Of a stretch of 64,000 bases of DNA, positions 60,260 to 64,000 are shown piece by piece; positions within the stretch are counted from its first letter, which is position 1; each line of letters starts with the position of its first letter. The notes under the pieces are model-generated. The model worked only from the letters and a program-made list of their open reading frames with translations. It was not told the DNA's origin and did not search any database. The position numbers were made by a program, and so were the translations under genes. Source of the stretch: Myxococcales bacterium (GTDB lineage Bacteria > Desulfobacterota > Binatia > HRBIN30); the NCBI GenBank assembly GCA_037445065.1, contig JBBILD010000006.1, positions 128,001 through 192,000 on the forward strand, written 5' to 3'.

Positions 60260-61790
60260 GCGCATGCACCCAGCCGCCGCACGGCAAAGGTGGCCTAGTA
60301 GTCGCGGGGGGCGTACTCGCGCATGCGCGTGGTTCCTCGCGGTCGTGTTCTTTTGGGCGAGCCCGGAGGCTCCATGGCTTTGGCACTCGCTGCCTGCCCG
60401 CTCGACTGCAATGAAGACGGGCTCGTATCGGAGAGCGGGTTAGCCCTTGGACTCGCCAACGTCTCTCCCCGAGCAGTGTTTGGCTGTCCCATCGCTGGCC
60501 CGCAGTCGACTCCAACGCCGACGGCGACTACGGCGTCGAGGACCTCATCCGCGGCGCCACGGCTCGCCGTCTGCAGTGCGAAGATGTGGCATCACCGGCA
60601 GGCTGGCGCGGTGCGGTCATTGACGCATTGCAGGGACTCTATCTCATCGGTGCCCAACTCCGCGCCAACCGCTGACCTCCACCGGGCACGTTGGCGTCCG
60701 ACCCCTCATGGGCGTGGCTTGGGCCGGATTCTGCCACGCCGAGCCCACGCCTCAGTTCCGGTTCGTCACCACAACCTCCAATCTGCCCTGGATGCGGCCT
60801 GGCTGGCCACCGCCGAATTGTGCCTTCGACCCGCCGGCGGCGGCTTATCTCGCGGACGTGCCGCCCACCCCTACCCTCACGCGCACGCCTACCAGCAGCA
60901 CACCTACCCCGGGCACGCGCACCCCCACTTGGATTGCCACGCCCACTCGGACGGCCACGGCCACTCCCACCGGTCCCACGCCCATACGTACACCGGTTCT
61001 CTTATGCGACACTGTGGATTGCCGCGGGATCGCTCCGGACTGCTGCCCGTGCCCTGGAGATTCCTGTCCCATTGCCGATTGGCAGGTGGAACCAATACCG
61101 CAAGTGCAAGGAGTATTTCTGCGCGCTCGATCCGTTGAGCCCGGCGTGCTTGGGCGAGTGTGGGACTTGTCCACCGAATGCTCCGTGTCTCGGCGCTCCA
61201 GCGACTGCTTGTGCGACAGCCACCTACACGCGTACGCCGGCGTGCAGCCCACGCGCACCGCCAGTCCCACTCGCACGCCCACCGGACCGACCCGTACTCC
61301 CACCGCGGCGCCACCCCCGGCGCGCATCCCCGGACTCGCTGTGCCGATCCTCGACGTATCCGGGAGCAACGGCGAGCGTGTGACCGTCGAGGCGTACTTA
61401 GTGGGCAGCGGCGGCAAGGTTGGCGGTTTGGAATTCGACTTGCTGCTGCTGCAGGCGGCTGTAGCGCCAGTGGCTGTGTCGGAACAATCGGCGGACAGCG
61501 TCCTGCAAGCAGCCTTTCTCTCCACCCACCGCTTGCCTCTAGTCGCGCCCCCGATCACCCGCTCGCTGGATTCGACCGGGTGCCGGTGCTGGTGGCGGAC
61601 CGCAACGTGACCGACCGACTGCGCGACGAAACGCAGATGTTGAGCGACGGTGTGGTGGTGACCTGCACTCTGACCATCCTCACCAACGCGCCTAGGGGCG
61701 GCCACCCGTTGCGCGTGGATCGGGCGCGAGCAGGCGATGAGCGCGGCACTTCCCTGTGGCCCTTCCGGGGCAGGCGACGCTGTGGGTGGG
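60260..61790 (+). pseudogene. Decayed secreted protein: truncated dockerin-like module, PT linkers, Cys-rich segment and cohesin-like domain; several frameshifts
   Basis: Fragments across frames: AWFLAVVFFWAS; CPLDCNEDGLV..GC; PTPTLTRTPT; CLGECGTCPPNAPC; VSGSNGERVTVEAYLVGSGGKVGGLEFDL..LSDGVVVTCTLTILTNAPRGGHPL..AGDERG. Confidence 0.6.
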
Positions 61791-61829
61791 GGGCTGTTCG
61801 GGGAGCTGCTGCTCAAAGGAGGCGCCACC

Positions 61830-62892
61830 ATGAGGCCGATGTTGTTCGGCACATACAGAACAACCGAACCCGCACCGCCTGCCTGGCTTGCAGCGCTGCT
61901 CGCGGCAGCCGTTGTTCAGGCTCGTGGGGCCTGGGGCCAGTTCGTACTCGAGGAAAGGTGGGACTTCCGGTACCCAGGCCCAGGCTATGTCATCGAGCGC
62001 ACGGCCTGGTATGCGGTCTACCCGGTCAAAACCAGAGATGCCATTGGTCCGCCTGGAGGCAGTGCGATGATTTCCGTTGCAGTGCGCCCGACATTGCGCT
62101 GTTGCGACTCAGAGCCGCAAGCGTTCTGGGAGGGGTGGTTTTCTCTCCGCTTCGCGGGTCTCGAGGGCTTGGGTTCCCCGTTGCAGCGCAGCTTTATCCG
62201 GCGCGGCCTGCGGTGAGCCGTGCTGCCCGATTCTTTGCAAGTCGTCCCGGACCGAGGGTCTGGATGGCGTCTTCTCCCTCCCCGTTGGGGTGGGTTTCGG
62301 TTCATTCCGGCCAAGGTTCCGGATATCCAGGTCCGGGAATGGCTCAGGGGGCTGAGAGCCCCTGGTCGCCCTGAGTCAGCGCCATGCGAGAGGATCGTGG
62401 TTTGGTTTTACGTTGGGCTTCAACTGTTGCTTGAAGGCGAGTCGGGCCCATTCGCAACGGACCCGATTCCGATTCACGAGTGGCCCGAGGGGGCCCTCGG
62501 GCCTGCCGTTTTTCGCGCCTGAGGATTCGGCGGTGTGCTGTGGCTTCTTTGTGCCTGCTACTGCCCGCCCAGGGACGTACCCGGCAGAGTGCGCGGGCAA
62601 CGAAGAAGGGATCCTGCTGCCGCCGGAGTGTGGCGGCTGCCAACGGGGCGCTTTGCACGTGGTGCCGTGCGTGGCCGACTGCAACCGCGACGGGCAGGTG
62701 ACCGTGGAGGAACTGGTGCGCGCGGTGGGCGTGGTGGTGGGCAGGGAGCGTTACGAAGGCTGCGCTGCTGCCGATGGCAACGAAGACGGGGCGGTCGCCT
62801 TGGATGAGGTGGTGCGTGGCGTGCGCAACGTGCTGACGAGCTGCCTGCAGACCTGGATGGAAGCGCACAACGCCCCTCTAGAGGTGCCGTGA
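61830..62892 (+). pseudogene. Secreted protein with a cohesin-like C-terminal half and dockerin-like module; in-frame TGA at 62214-62216 and a frameshift near 62450-62520
   Basis: AAAGGAGG RBS; hydrophobic signal; EDSAVCCGFFVPATARPGTYPAEC..CQRGALHVVP then CVADCNRDGQVTVEEL..DGNEDGAVALDEV..SC. Confidence 0.6.
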
Positions 62893-63368
62893 TGAGGTTC
62901 TCGGCTCGGCTCTCGAGCGTGCTGATCGCTGTCTTGCTTGCACCGCCCACGGTGCGGTTTGCCGCTGCCATTGACTCCACTGGGGTGCTCAAAGCGACCA
63001 TTCATCCTGCGGCGGCTCGCGCCGGGGGTGAGGGCGACCTGCTGTTTTCGCTTGCCTCTCCCGACGAATCCTGGGAAGGCAAGCGGCTGCGGGGACTGCT
63101 GAACTGGCCTCGTGCTGGCGGCAGAGAGCCCAGCCACCCGTGGTGGTGGGTGCGCAAGGCAGAAAACGGCGTGCCCGACGGCGAGCCCTGGGACGCTGCT
63201 GCCTTTACCGAGTTCGAGGTTCGGTTCCACCCGCCAGGTTGTAGGGAGGGGGTGAATCGCTTCGCGATGACCTTGCGCGGCGAAGTGCACCGCGCGCCGG
63301 AACCTCCCATCGTGCGCTGCCGCATCGCGGTGGCGCCAACCCGTTCTCCAGGCGAGTACGTGCACTAA
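62889..63368 (+). CDS. Hypothetical secreted protein
   Basis: Signal-peptide-like N-terminus; overlaps the previous stop codon. Confidence 0.5.
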   Translation: MMRFSARLSSVLIAVLLAPPTVRFAAAIDSTGVLKATIHPAAARAGGEGDLLFSLASPDESWEGKRLRGLLNWPRAGGREPSHPWWWVRKAENGVPDGEPWDAAAFTEFEVRFHPPGCREGVNRFAMTLRGEVHRAPEPPIVRCRIAVAPTRSPGEYVH

Positions 63369-63478
63369 ACGGGTTGCCCGTTCGGTGCTGCACTCTGCCG
63401 GGTGGGCTACCTCTGGCGCCAGTGGTTGGAGGAACCGTGCGTGCGGATCCCGGGGCGTTTCCCTCTGCGGGTGGAGCC

Positions 63479-63985
63479 ATGAAGCGCATGACCTGGCTAG
63501 CGCGCGCCAACCTATTGCGTGTGCTCCGCTTGTTCGCCGTCGTCTCCGCTACCACTGCTGTGCTCGCCTTCCTGGCCGCTGCCTTGCCTCCCCTCTCGGT
63601 TGCACTGCTGCCGACCTCGCTGGCCTTGCGCGGGAGCTTGGAGGAGGCCGTTGGCAACGAAGGGCAGACTGGGGCTCCGGACCGGCGGTTGCAGTGGAGC
63701 TTCGTTGGCCAGCGCCAAGGCCACGCGTTGCATGGTAAGTGGCTCATACTCGGCCATCCGAGTTGGAACAGTTTGGCAGTGGAAGCCGCCGTCCTTCCTG
63801 AGGTTGTCGAGGGCTTGCTCATGGGCGCGGGTGGCGAGGTGGTCGGGAAGTTGTCCGGCCGCTGGAGTACTTCGGGGGCAGAGGGCACCTACGAGCTCTT
63901 GAGCGGCGAGGCGGGTAGCTGGAATTGGCCCTCGGCGGCGCCCGACACACCACCGACGGCCGAGAAAGAGCCCGCGCTGGCATGA
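63479..63985 (+). CDS. Hypothetical secreted/membrane-anchored beta-rich protein
   Basis: GGAG RBS; hydrophobic N-terminus; Gly/Trp beta pattern; ATGA overlap with a further ORF starting at 63982. Confidence 0.5.
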   Translation: MKRMTWLARANLLRVLRLFAVVSATTAVLAFLAAALPPLSVALLPTSLALRGSLEEAVGNEGQTGAPDRRLQWSFVGQRQGHALHGKWLILGHPSWNSLAVEAAVLPEVVEGLLMGAGGEVVGKLSGRWSTSGAEGTYELLSGEAGSWNWPSAAPDTPPTAEKEPALA

Positions 63986-64000
63986 GCGAGCGGAAGTCGC

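Overview
GC-rich bacterial chromosomal window. A recurring Cys-bracketed dockerin-like module and Pro/Thr-linked surface proteins suggest a Candidatus Binatia-like lineage (inference, unverified). Bases 1-43.2 kb are mostly intact genes: the 3' part of a giant isopeptide/DUF11-repeat surface protein, G1P thymidylyltransferase, lepB, MPG, AmmeMemoRadiSam rSAM, HlyD+ABC, TetR/diiron pair, ilvB, GPH transporter, STAND cyclase, gshB-like, YCF48-like propeller, mtnA, cysK-larE, carD-ispD and an MMPL transporter. tmRNA lies at 43311-43656. Downstream is an accessory-looking region with a broken FG-GAP gene, an ArsS/ArsM 'rSAM-selenodomain/arsenosugar' cluster (with PiT, CMD, ECF sigma/anti-sigma and ChrA) and decayed cohesin/dockerin-like genes. 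Best leads: (1) a 59-aa four-Cys dockerin-like module on unrelated secreted proteins plus cohesin-like domains, a possible non-cellulosomal surface assembly system; (2) a GTAA(G/C)R-N15/16-CGAC motif upstream of all four transcription units of the arsenic cluster, a likely ECF regulon, whose sigma operon starts with a G7-frameshifted gene; (3) a shared C-terminal domain after Pro/Thr linkers on two surface proteins. All calls are by eye; no database searches were run.
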